IMG/VR virus record: IMGVR_UViG_3300011115_000618
Location: 1-26,526 of that record
Length of the DNA: 26,526 nt
Strand: one strand, 5' to 3'
From: a virus
Taxonomy: Duplodnaviria > Caudoviricetes
In this document: piece by piece, positions 1 through 8,406 of the stretch
Position numbering within the stretch: position 1 is the first letter of the stretch
Layout of the letters: the number at the start of each line of letters is the position of its first letter
Notes under the pieces: model-generated
What the model was told of the DNA's origin: nothing
Database searches by the model: none
Seen by the model: the letters and a program-made list of their open reading frames with translations, nothing else
Made by a program: the position numbers and the translations under genes

Positions 1-156
1 GGCGTGGACATGGCTTCTCGCGCTGTCCACAACGGTATCTCGCTCCGCGTTGTCCGTCAGTACGACATCAACAACGACCGTATGCCTTGCCGTATTGACG
101 TGCTGTATGGCTACTCTGCCATCCGTCCCGCAATGGCCGCTCGCATCTGGGGCTAA
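1..156 (+). CDS. Major capsid protein, C-terminal fragment (P22 coat-protein-like)
   Basis: Frame 1 reads GVDMASRAVHNGISLRVVRQYDINNDRMPCRIDVLYGYSAIRPAMAARIWG* (TAA 154-156). The 'G.SLR..RQYDI..D....R.DVLYG' ending is typical of P22-type coat proteins, and virion genes follow. Truncated by the window edge. Confidence 0.85.
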   Translation, partial: GVDMASRAVHNGISLRVVRQYDINNDRMPCRIDVLYGYSAIRPAMAARIWG

Positions 157-159
157 TCT

Positions 160-200
160 TTGCGCCTCGGCTTAGGCCGGGGCGTAATCCTCTTTTTCTT
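160..200 (+). terminator. Hairpin / probable attenuating terminator after the capsid gene
   Basis: Stem GCGCCTCGGC-TTAG-GCCGGGGCGT followed by AATCCTCTTTTTCTT; the T-run is offset a few nt from the stem. Confidence 0.55.
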
Positions 201-211
201 GGAGAATTATC

Positions 212-613
212 ATGGCACTTCCTTCAGTTGGTGGTGGGTACCAAATCGGTGACGGCAATCGCAACGAGATCTTCCTCGGTGAGCAGTCCGATCCGCAAAC
301 CGCAACCGCAACCGCAACCCTGACTGCCGCCCAAATCACTGGCGGTATGCTGGTTGCCAACCCAAGCACCACGGCTGCGTCCTACACGCTGCCTACCGCT
401 GCTTCGGTTGACGCGCTTTTGACTAACGCTAAGATCGGCAGCACGTTTAACCTGTCTATCGTCAACCTCGGCACTTCGTCCGGCGCTCTGACGATTGTTG
501 CTGGCACCGGCTGGACCCTTGTTGGTTCAGCCACCGTAGCCATCACAAGCTCGGCCCAGGTTCTTGCTTACAAGACCGCCGACGCTGCCTACACGCTGTA
601 CCGCGTCGCCTAA
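212..613 (+). CDS. Putative capsid decoration/cement protein
   Basis: 133 aa, Ala/Thr/Gly-rich and beta-like; GGAG RBS; lies directly after the coat gene and before a strong terminator. Function is inferred from position. Confidence 0.6.
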   Translation: MALPSVGGGYQIGDGNRNEIFLGEQSDPQTATATATLTAAQITGGMLVANPSTTAASYTLPTAASVDALLTNAKIGSTFNLSIVNLGTSSGALTIVAGTGWTLVGSATVAITSSAQVLAYKTADAAYTLYRVA

Positions 614-621
614 AACAAATT

Positions 622-659
622 TGCCCTACGTCATTGTGGCGTAGGGCATTTTGTCTTTT
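622..659 (+). terminator. Rho-independent terminator
   Basis: TGCCCTACGTCA-TTG-TGGCGTAGGGCA stem followed by TTTTGTCTTTT. Confidence 0.8.
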
Positions 660-670
660 ATGGGATTCCC

Positions 671-856
671 ATGCAAACCTACCTTCGGCATCCGGTTCAC
701 GGAACCAAAATTGCTAGCCTTGATATGGAAGTTGAACACGACAAAGCGCTGGGCTGGGTGGAGTACGATCCAGAAGCCTTTATCGAACCCGAAGTTTCTG
801 CTAATAGTCTAGAAGTGAAGAGACGCGGACGACCTCCGCTAAACGCAGGGGCCTAA
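671..856 (+). CDS. Small hypothetical protein with AT-hook-like KRRGRPP tail
   Basis: 61 aa ORF filling the gap between the terminator and the gp4-like gene; acidic middle, basic KRRGRPP near the C-terminus. Confidence 0.7.
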   Translation: MQTYLRHPVHGTKIASLDMEVEHDKALGWVEYDPEAFIEPEVSANSLEVKRRGRPPLNAGA

Positions 857-857
857 T

Positions 858-1568
858 ATGACCACGGCAGGCGAACTGATAAACGGCGCTTTGCGGCTGA
901 TCGGTATGCTTGCTGAAGGTGAAGCCCCTTCTGCTGCTACGTCTGAAGACGCCCTTGCCGCCATGAACCAGATGATTGATTCGTGGAACACTGAGCGTCT
1001 GTCGGTCTTCTCAACCCAAGACCAAGTTTTTTCGTGGGCACCGGGGCTTATTAGCCGAACGCTTGGCCCTACGGGCGATTTTGCGGGCAACCGCCCTGTC
1101 CAGCTTGATGACTCTACCTATTTCAAAGACCCCGCCAGCGGAATCTCCTACGGCATCAAGATCATCAATCAGCAGCAGTACGACGGCATCGCCGTCAAGA
1201 CCGTGACCAGCACCTATCCGCAGGTCATTTGGCTGAACATGGACTATCCAAACATCGACATGTACGTCTATCCCGTGCCTACCAAGACGCTGGAATGGCA
1301 CTTCATCTCGGTCACGGAACTAGACCAGCCCGCCACGCTGTTTACCGAACTGTCCTTTCCGCCAGGCTACCTACGAGCGTTCCGCTACAACTTGGCCTGC
1401 GAGATCGCGGCTGAGTTTGGCGTTGAGCCATCGCCGCAAGTGTCGCGGATCGCCATGACGTCCAAGCGCAACATCAAGCGTATCAACAATCCTGACGACA
1501 TCATGTCGCTGCCGTACAGCATCGTCGGTACTCGCCAGCGGTTCAACATTTTCGCAGGGAACTACTGA
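858..1568 (+). CDS. Head-to-tail adaptor (P22 gp4-like)
   Basis: N-terminus [21 protein letters not shown]....EDAL..MN.MIDSW and C-terminal P.GY..A.RYNLA.EIA.EFG resemble gp4-type adaptors; position fits. Confidence 0.75.
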   Translation: MTTAGELINGALRLIGMLAEGEAPSAATSEDALAAMNQMIDSWNTERLSVFSTQDQVFSWAPGLISRTLGPTGDFAGNRPVQLDDSTYFKDPASGISYGIKIINQQQYDGIAVKTVTSTYPQVIWLNMDYPNIDMYVYPVPTKTLEWHFISVTELDQPATLFTELSFPPGYLRAFRYNLACEIAAEFGVEPSPQVSRIAMTSKRNIKRINNPDDIMSLPYSIVGTRQRFNIFAGNY

Positions 1569-1570
1569 TT

Positions 1571-1993
1571 ATGGCTAATGTTAAAATCAGCGAGCTACCC
1601 GCCGCCACAACCACCGCAGGCACGGACAAGTTTGTCATGGTTCAGGGCGGCGTAACCAAGCAACTATCCAACACGCTGCTGTTTACGGCTGCGACGTTTA
1701 CGGGCGGCACGTTTACCGGCGGCACGTTCACATCGCCTACGTTGGTCACTCCTGCCCTTGGGACGCCCGCCAGCGGCGTTATGACCAACGTGACGGGCTT
1801 GCCCCTCACCACGGGCGTAACGGGCCTCTTGCCTCTTGCTAACGGCGGCTTGAACGCCAGCACCGCAGCGGGCGGACGCGCAACAATCGGTGCGGCTGCA
1901 TCCGGCGCTAACTCTGACATCACTTCGCTTTCGGGGCTGACGGTGCCTCTCGTTTCACTCGCAACCGTTTTCGCCATTGCGGCGGCACTTTAG
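1571..1993 (+). CDS. Short fibre-like virion protein
   Basis: [14 protein letters not shown]...VQGGVTKQ N-terminus, TFTGG repeats and the [14 protein letters not shown] motif common in phage fibres. Confidence 0.65.
   Translation: MANVKISELPAATTTAGTDKFVMVQGGVTKQLSNTLLFTAATFTGGTFTGGTFTSPTLVTPALGTPASGVMTNVTGLPLTTGVTGLLPLANGGLNASTAAGGRATIGAAASGANSDITSLSGLTVPLVSLATVFAIAAAL
1681..1740 (+). repeat. Four imperfect 15-bp tandem units (xFTxx / TFTGG pentapeptides)
   Basis: gtttacggctgcgac gtttacgggcggcac gtttaccggcggcac gttcacatcgcctac. Confidence 0.8.
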
Positions 1994-2003
1994 GAGCTAA
2001 ATC

Positions 2004-2414
2004 ATGGCCGTCACGCCAAACTCAATTGTTACACCTCAGACGCCTATCGCATCGACTGCCGTTGCGACCACGGCAAACACGACCTACACCGATACCCCGA
2101 CCAACTCAGTGCAGCTTCTCGCCGCCCAGACCAACGGTGCGCGTATCCAGAAGATCACCGCACTGGCGCGGGCTACGGTGACAGCAACCGAACTTCAACT
2201 GTACGTCTCGTCTGACGGCGGCACGACTAAGCGGTTTATCAAGTCGGTTCTTATGGCGGCTTACACGGTCGCAGCGACGACCGCTCAAACTGCCATTGAT
2301 TTTGGTTACACCGACGCAGCGCCGTTTATCCTTTCCAGTACAGAAAGCGTATGGGTTGCTATCGGTGTGACTAATACCGGCATCGTGTTCCGTATCGAAG
2401 GCTACGCCTACTAA
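2004..2414 (+). CDS. Hypothetical virion protein (beta-sandwich-like)
   Basis: 136 aa, Thr/Ala-rich; GGAG RBS; TAATG overlap with the next gene. Confidence 0.65.
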   Translation: MAVTPNSIVTPQTPIASTAVATTANTTYTDTPTNSVQLLAAQTNGARIQKITALARATVTATELQLYVSSDGGTTKRFIKSVLMAAYTVAATTAQTAIDFGYTDAAPFILSSTESVWVAIGVTNTGIVFRIEGYAY

Positions 2415-3088
2415 TGCAAAACGCCCCCACCATGCTAGGCCAAAAAATGATGAACCGGCAGGCCCCTTACGGGCCTATTGGTATGGTCTCGCAGGATATG
2501 AGCGGGAATAAGAAGGGGGCGGCTGGGGTGATTGGTTTAAAATTTGATACAGCCACAGCCACGTCTGGGACTACGTTTTCTAATAGTAACACGACAGCCA
2601 CTCTTCCCACTTCAACTATTGGTTCAGCAAAAGGCAATTCCGTAACCACTACGGGCGGAACAAGTGCGTGGTACTGGGAATTTACTATTGGAAGTATAAG
2701 TGTTACTCTTGTGGGTTTTGGTATTTCTACTTTTGTGTGTAACACTACAAATCGAGTAGGAGTAATCAACAATACCGTAGCCTATTCCACAGGTAATGGA
2801 AACATTTTAGGAGGATTTGGGGGAAACATAATATTAGCTACGGGCATAACCTCCACACTAGGTGATATTATTGGTTTTAAACTAGATTTAACCCCTTCAT
2901 CTTCTACTTTAACGGTTTTAAAAAACAATGTGGTAATAGGCAGTGCTGTAAACACCACAACTTACATACCAAGTAGTGCTACGGCTTGGGTTCCAATAGT
3001 TTCGTCAGCCGCCGCTAGCGTGTGTTCCGCTACCATCTCCAACAATATTTATTCCGCCCCAGGCTACACCCCCATCGGCCCCGTTTAG
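2414..3088 (+). CDS. SPRY/concanavalin-like domain virion protein (possible receptor-binding)
   Basis: Motifs WYWEFTI, VGFG and GDIIGFKLDL....LTVLKN match the SPRY/B30.2 pattern (YWEV...GD.IG..LDL...L.F.KNG). The domain region is AT-rich. Confidence 0.65.
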   Translation: MQNAPTMLGQKMMNRQAPYGPIGMVSQDMSGNKKGAAGVIGLKFDTATATSGTTFSNSNTTATLPTSTIGSAKGNSVTTTGGTSAWYWEFTIGSISVTLVGFGISTFVCNTTNRVGVINNTVAYSTGNGNILGGFGGNIILATGITSTLGDIIGFKLDLTPSSSTLTVLKNNVVIGSAVNTTTYIPSSATAWVPIVSSAAASVCSATISNNIYSAPGYTPIGPV

Positions 3089-3097
3089 GAATTTAAA

Positions 3098-3286
3098 ATG
3101 CTGTACCAACGAAAAACCCTATCAACCGGCGAGAACATCGGCAAGCCTGCGGCGTTGCCGTTAGAGCTGGTTGGGCTAACTGACGCATCGTTGGCTGATC
3201 TTTCAGCTGCCGTCCCTCTAGCTGCGCCTGAATTGGGTTATGAAGATCAAGGCTTCATGCCCGTTTCACCGGACCCTGCCCCATGA
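3098..3286 (+). CDS. Small hypothetical protein (possible fibre assembly factor)
   Basis: 62 aa; AGGA RBS; ATGA overlap with the gp10-like gene. Confidence 0.55.
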   Translation: MLYQRKTLSTGENIGKPAALPLELVGLTDASLADLSAAVPLAAPELGYEDQGFMPVSPDPAP

Positions 3287-4806
3287 AAACGCCTATCCTC
3301 GGATCGACCTATGTGGCCCGCAGCGTAAACGCTGCGGACAGCCGCATGGTCAATCTGTTTCCGGAAATCGTTCCTGAGGGCGGTCTTGAGCCTGCGTTCC
3401 TAAGCAGAACGCCAGGTCTTCGGCTGCTGACGACCTGCGGAACCGGACCCGTCCGAGGCATGTGGCAAACAACGACTTACGGCTACGTCGTGTCGGGCAC
3501 GGAACTCTATCGCGTTGATTCAACGTGGACGGCCACCAAGCTAGGCGACGTGACGGGCACGGGGCCGGTCTCTATGGCCGACAACGGCATCCAGATCTTC
3601 ATTGCCTGCAATCCTGACGGCTTCATCTACAACATGACCACGGGGGTCTTTCAACAGATCACCGATCCTGACTTCCCCGGCGCAATCACGGTTAGCTATC
3701 TTGATGGCTATTTCGTGTTCAACGAGCCTGACAGCCAGCGGTTTTGGATTACGGCGATCTTTGACGGCACGGACATCGACGCGCTCGACTTCGCCAGCGC
3801 TGAAGGCTCGCCAGACGGCCTGTCATCCATCATTGTTGACCACCGCGAACTGTGGCTTTTTGGCACCAACTCCATTGAGGTCTGGTACGACTCCGGCGGC
3901 GCGGACTTCCCCTTCACACGCATCCAGGGCGCGTTCAACGAGATCGGCTGCGCGGCACCCTATTCGGTCGCCAAGCTAGACAACGGCCTGTTTTGGCTAG
4001 GCTCAGACGCCAGAGGTCGCGGTATCGTCTACCGCGCCAACGGCTACACCGGACAGCGCGTCAGCACCCACGGTGTCGAGTGGCAAATCCAGCAGTACAC
4101 CGACATCAGCGACGCTATCGGCTACACCTATCAGCAGGACGGCCACGCCTTCTATGTGCTGGTCTTCCCGACCGCCAAGACGACATGGGTCTTTGACGTT
4201 GCTACAGGCGCTTGGCACGAGCGGGCTAGTTGGATTAACGATGCTTTTGACCGTCACCGTGGCAACTGCCAAATGGTCTTCAATAACGAGATTGCTATTG
4301 GCGACTTTGAGAACGGCAACGTCTACGCCTTCGATCTAGACGTCTACGACGACAATGGCGCTACACAGCGTTGGATGCGTCTGTGGCGGGCGCTGCCGAC
4401 CGGCCAAAACGACCTCAAGCGCACCGCGCACCATGCCCTGCAACTCGATTGCGAGACGGGTGTTGGCTTGAACGGCATTGACCCTAACGACACGTTCTAC
4501 TTGATGACGCAAGCCAACGACTTTTTGATCACGGAAGCAGGCGACTATCTTGTATCGGATTTTGTCGGCACGGTTGGCTTTGACCCACAGGTCACGCTGC
4601 GCTGGTCTGACGACGGCGGTCACACATGGTCCAGCGAACACTGGCGTTCGATGGGCAAGATCGGCCAGTACGGCTACCGCACGATATGGCGCAGGCTTGG
4701 CATGACGGTCAAGCTACGCGACCGCGTGTACGAAATCACCGGCACCGATCCGGTTAAGATTGCTATTATGGGCGCTGAGTTACAGGTCAGCCCGACCAAT
4801 GGCTAA
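3283..4806 (+). CDS. Tail hub / packaged-DNA stabilisation protein (P22 gp10-like)
   Basis: 507 aa with R.VNLFPE, DGYFVF, F.SAEGSPD, FGTNSIEVW, T.VFD.ATG.WHER, LRWSDDGGHTW and G.YG.R..WRRLG motifs characteristic of this family. Confidence 0.9.
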   Translation: MKTPILGSTYVARSVNAADSRMVNLFPEIVPEGGLEPAFLSRTPGLRLLTTCGTGPVRGMWQTTTYGYVVSGTELYRVDSTWTATKLGDVTGTGPVSMADNGIQIFIACNPDGFIYNMTTGVFQQITDPDFPGAITVSYLDGYFVFNEPDSQRFWITAIFDGTDIDALDFASAEGSPDGLSSIIVDHRELWLFGTNSIEVWYDSGGADFPFTRIQGAFNEIGCAAPYSVAKLDNGLFWLGSDARGRGIVYRANGYTGQRVSTHGVEWQIQQYTDISDAIGYTYQQDGHAFYVLVFPTAKTTWVFDVATGAWHERASWINDAFDRHRGNCQMVFNNEIAIGDFENGNVYAFDLDVYDDNGATQRWMRLWRALPTGQNDLKRTAHHALQLDCETGVGLNGIDPNDTFYLMTQANDFLITEAGDYLVSDFVGTVGFDPQVTLRWSDDGGHTWSSEHWRSMGKIGQYGYRTIWRRLGMTVKLRDRVYEITGTDPVKIAIMGAELQVSPTNG

Positions 4807-5506
4807 CGTCACCAACATCCCCGCCCCTCGCGTTCCTATCATCGACGAGCGCACGGGCTTAATTTCGCGTGAGTGGTTCAGGTTCTTCAACAACCTGTTC
4901 ACCTTGCTTGGTGACGGCTCGACGGACGATATCACGCAGTTTCTGCAAATCTCACCTTCGTCTGAAGTCTTCAGCGTTTCTCAGTTGGCCGAGACAGCCA
5001 AGTCCATAGAGGCGCTTGGCGTGGCCCCGGTCTATACGCCGCAACTGGCTCGCTACGTCTATGGCGCGTTTCGTGACAGCACAACCCAAACCGCTGCGGC
5101 CATTAACACGGCCTACCCAATTACCTTTGGCTTTACGGATACCTCTGTCGGGGCCAACCGTGGCACCCCGACATCGCGCATCTATGTGGACCGTCCAGCG
5201 GTCTACAATGTTGCGTTTTCGCTGCAACTAAACAAGACAACAGCAGCGGCAAAAAGTGTCTGGGTTTGGCTTCGCCTAAACGGTGCGGACATCGCCAACA
5301 GCGCAAGACAGGTTACACTTGCAGGCACTAGTGCAGCATCTGTCGCTACGTCAAACTTTGTGCTAAACATGAACGCAGGCGACTATTTCGAATTGGTATG
5401 GTCAACGGATGATACGGGCTGTCAAATTGTTGCTGTCGCAGCTACTGCGCCTGTTCCGGCTATTCCGTCTGCCATCCTTACCGTTACCAGCAACATCTCC
5501 GCATAA
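4799..5506 (+). CDS. Tail needle-like protein (gp26 position) with C1q/TNF-like C-terminal knob
   Basis: Likely start is ATG 4799 (MANVTNIPAPRVP...REWFRFF). The C-terminal YGAF...RIYV...YNV.FSLQL...VWVWLRLNG.DI...LNMNAGDYFEL segment resembles a C1q/TNF jelly roll. It follows the gp10-like gene, as P22 gp26 does. Confidence 0.6.
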   Translation: MANVTNIPAPRVPIIDERTGLISREWFRFFNNLFTLLGDGSTDDITQFLQISPSSEVFSVSQLAETAKSIEALGVAPVYTPQLARYVYGAFRDSTTQTAAAINTAYPITFGFTDTSVGANRGTPTSRIYVDRPAVYNVAFSLQLNKTTAAAKSVWVWLRLNGADIANSARQVTLAGTSAASVATSNFVLNMNAGDYFELVWSTDDTGCQIVAVAATAPVPAIPSAILTVTSNISA

Positions 5507-5516
5507 AGGTCTTCAA

Positions 5517-7601
5517 ATGGCTGCTTATCTTACTCCAGAACCTAAGCTCCAGTTCTTCAGCACTGCGGGCGAACCGCTAGCTGGCGGAAAGATCTACACC
5601 TACGCTGCGGGCACAACAACGCCGCTTGCGACCTTTGCCGATAGCACGGCTGCGGTTAACAACCCCAACCCAGTTATCTTGGACTCTCGCGGTGAAGCCT
5701 CCATCTGGCTGGGCACGCAATCCTATAAGTTCAAACTCACCACGGCAGACGACGTTGAGATATGGACCGTGGACAACATTAGCCTCGGCCCCTTCCCAGA
5801 CAGCACGGCATCCATCATCGCGGCATCCGTCACTGCGGTGGGCGTGGTGTATGCGGCCAGCAATGGCTCTGATCTGATCGGCCACAAGGGTACCGGAGCT
5901 TCCGCCACAACGACTACGGTTGGTGCGAAACTGCGCCAAATCGTAAACATCAAGGATTACGGCGCGGTCGGTGACGGCGTTGCTGACGACACGCTCGCGG
6001 TGCAACGGGCAATCACAAACTCGACGGGTGTCGTTTATATTCCCGCTGGCACGTTTAAAATCACCGGCGTGACGCTGACTGCCGGAAAGCAACTGATCGG
6101 TGAGAACCGCGCAACGTCAATTCTGAAGCTGGGTGCGGCGCTGGCTGGCACCGGTATGATCAACGCCACCTATGCAAACAATATTGTGGTGGAAAACCTG
6201 ACGATTGACGGCGGGTCGCTGGTTGGCACCAAAAACAGCCTAATCAATTTCTTTGGTTGCGACTATGCACGGATTGAAAACAACACATTCATCAACGTCG
6301 ATCAGTTCGCCGTTGGCTGCAATTCGATGCAGTATTACATCATTCGCAGCAACGTGTTCCTGCTAGACCAACACGTCGGAGCGTGGATTGACACATCCGT
6401 AAGCGCAGGCTTTTTGGCGGGGTCTGGCGGACCCATCAACACCACCGGCCTTGTCGGCACCATTTCAGCGCCCCCCGGCGCCGGTGGCGTTCAGGCGGCG
6501 TTTACATATAGCACTACAGGCGCAGGCGCGGTTGACCCAACAACCGTTGTGTTCTCGACCAACGGGCGCGGCTACTATGGGACGGTTACTGCTTCATTCC
6601 CTGCAGTGCCAGGTTCAGTGGCCCCGGCCCGCTACGGCGGCGCTCAAGTCGTGGCGATCACCTGTTCTGGCACCACATTGGTTGGCGAAAACGTTGAGAT
6701 CAGCCACAATTATATTCAGGGCGGCGGCTGCAATTTGACGCTGCGGCACTCCAATATCTTTGGCAACGTCGTCCGCAATGTCATCTACGGCGCGGCTTTT
6801 GTTTCTGAGCAGGCCGTTAACGTCGGTAAGAACGTCTACTCCAACAATATCGTAACTCGACTAGGCTACTGCACCATAGCGGGAACGCCTTACGTCAACA
6901 CCTACATCGGCCCAGACACGGACAACACCGTCAATAGCGGGTTTGAGCTATGGGGCTTTTACGAAGAGTGCTTGAACAACATTTCTTATTATAACGCTGG
7001 AAATGGCATTAGCTTTGGCGCTCGCGGCGGCACCTGCTCTGGAAATATCGTTTACGATAACGGTCAGTACTGGGCAACCTTGACCGGGAACCCCGCGCAG
7101 TACACGACACGCGGCATCCAAATTCCGGCGGGTAATGCTACGTTTAACGGCAGCTATTCTCTGATCTCAAACAACCGCTGCTTTGACCAGAACGGCGCGT
7201 CCGGTACGCAAGGTTACGGGATTGGCGCTGAAAATTCGTCAATTGTGGGCCTGAATGTTGTTGATAATGATTGTGTAAACAATCGTGTTGGCCCTTACAA
7301 CATGTTGGGTGCCACACTGATATTTTTTCGCGGACGCCGCATTGAAGGACGTTCTGCCGTCAACCCCGCCAGCATCGCCGCAGCCGGCGCGGCTGACTAT
7401 CCTGTCACGGTTCCGGGCTTGGATACGGGCAACTGGCTTTTGTCGTCTAATTTCATCGGCGTTACGACGGAGCCAATGATGATGACCACGCGCTACAGCG
7501 CGGCTAACACCGCCATTGTCCGCCTGTTCAACTTCAGCGCCTCAGCTTACGATCTGCCCAGCGGGTCGTTTCTGGTTCAGGCCGAAGAAGTCATCGCGTA
7601 G
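5517..7601 (+). CDS. Tailspike with right-handed beta-helix (putative depolymerase)
   Basis: Likely start is ATG 5517. N-terminal virion-attachment domain (PKLQFF...G.PLAGGKIYTY.AGTTTP...NPVILDSRGEA), pectate-lyase-3-type entry motif VNIKDYGAVGDGVADDT.A.Q.AI and many Asn-ladder repeats. Confidence 0.9.
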   Translation: MAAYLTPEPKLQFFSTAGEPLAGGKIYTYAAGTTTPLATFADSTAAVNNPNPVILDSRGEASIWLGTQSYKFKLTTADDVEIWTVDNISLGPFPDSTASIIAASVTAVGVVYAASNGSDLIGHKGTGASATTTTVGAKLRQIVNIKDYGAVGDGVADDTLAVQRAITNSTGVVYIPAGTFKITGVTLTAGKQLIGENRATSILKLGAALAGTGMINATYANNIVVENLTIDGGSLVGTKNSLINFFGCDYARIENNTFINVDQFAVGCNSMQYYIIRSNVFLLDQHVGAWIDTSVSAGFLAGSGGPINTTGLVGTISAPPGAGGVQAAFTYSTTGAGAVDPTTVVFSTNGRGYYGTVTASFPAVPGSVAPARYGGAQVVAITCSGTTLVGENVEISHNYIQGGGCNLTLRHSNIFGNVVRNVIYGAAFVSEQAVNVGKNVYSNNIVTRLGYCTIAGTPYVNTYIGPDTDNTVNSGFELWGFYEECLNNISYYNAGNGISFGARGGTCSGNIVYDNGQYWATLTGNPAQYTTRGIQIPAGNATFNGSYSLISNNRCFDQNGASGTQGYGIGAENSSIVGLNVVDNDCVNNRVGPYNMLGATLIFFRGRRIEGRSAVNPASIAAAGAADYPVTVPGLDTGNWLLSSNFIGVTTEPMMMTTRYSAANTAIVRLFNFSASAYDLPSGSFLVQAEEVIA

Positions 7602-7609
7602 GAGCCACC

Positions 7610-7945
7610 ATGACCGTCAACGTAAAAGTCCTAGTTCCGGCCAAGATCGCGGAGGCCGCTCAAACCACACAGTACACCGCGACGGGCGTCACGGCGATCA
7701 TCGACAAGATGACCGCCACGAACTACAGCGCCGCTGCGGCCACAATAAGCGTCAACCTGGTCACGGGCGCAAGCACGGCGGGCAGCAACAACCTAATCGT
7801 CAAGACCAAGACGCTTCAAGCCGGGGAATCCTACACCTTCCCTGAGATCGTCGGTGCGGCTCTAGAGGCGGGCGGGTTCATCTCGACACTGGCGGGCACA
7901 GCCTCGGCCATCAACATCCGCGCCAGCGGGCGGGAGATTAGCTAG
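7610..7945 (+). CDS. Hypothetical virion protein
   Basis: 111 aa, Ala/Thr-rich; AGGAG RBS; within the morphogenesis operon. Confidence 0.7.
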   Translation: MTVNVKVLVPAKIAEAAQTTQYTATGVTAIIDKMTATNYSAAAATISVNLVTGASTAGSNNLIVKTKTLQAGESYTFPEIVGAALEAGGFISTLAGTASAINIRASGREIS

Positions 7946-8406
7946 TGGACGTGGCTCAATACGAGTTCACCATACCCAACCCGCGCAACATGCGCGGCAA
8001 GGTCGAGGCGCTCCAGAAAGCCATTTCCAAGTTCAAGCAATACGAGCCTGAGACCAAGCACACGTTCCACGGCGGGATGTACTGCCGTGAGGTCTTTCGC
8101 GTGGCGGGGGCGCTAATCGTTGGTAAGGTCCACAAGAAAGAACACTTCTACTATGTGGTCCACGGTACGGTCCTAATCACGACGGACAACGGCGCAGAGG
8201 AGGTCACAGGGCCTCGGCTGATCTGTAGTAAGCCTGGCACAAAGAGGGCCGTCTACGCGGTCACAGACGCCCTGTGCGTCACTTTCCACTGCACGGATGC
8301 CGCCACCGTAGACGACGCAGAAAACGAATTGGTAGAAATTGATCCAGATGCTATGTTTGGACATAGCAACAAGCTGAAGATCCAGCCTGTCGAGGTGCTT
8401 TCATGA
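7945..8406 (+). CDS. Cupin-like protein
   Basis: H.F.GGMYCRE....G..IVGKVHKKEH....V.G and PGTKRA.YA..D....T.H pattern of a double-stranded beta-helix fold; coupled to both neighbours. Confidence 0.65.
   Translation: MDVAQYEFTIPNPRNMRGKVEALQKAISKFKQYEPETKHTFHGGMYCREVFRVAGALIVGKVHKKEHFYYVVHGTVLITTDNGAEEVTGPRLICSKPGTKRAVYAVTDALCVTFHCTDAATVDDAENELVEIDPDAMFGHSNKLKIQPVEVLS

Noticed and set aside
2414-3088. Diversity-generating retroelement target
   Set aside because: No reverse transcriptase and no template/variable repeat pair seen in the window.
4760-5516. Longer ORF-track starts at 4760 and 5409 (similarly 13728, 15493, 16269, 16665, 16910)
   Set aside because: The extensions overlap upstream genes or promoter gaps; downstream ATGs fit RBS/overlap patterns and family N-termini better.
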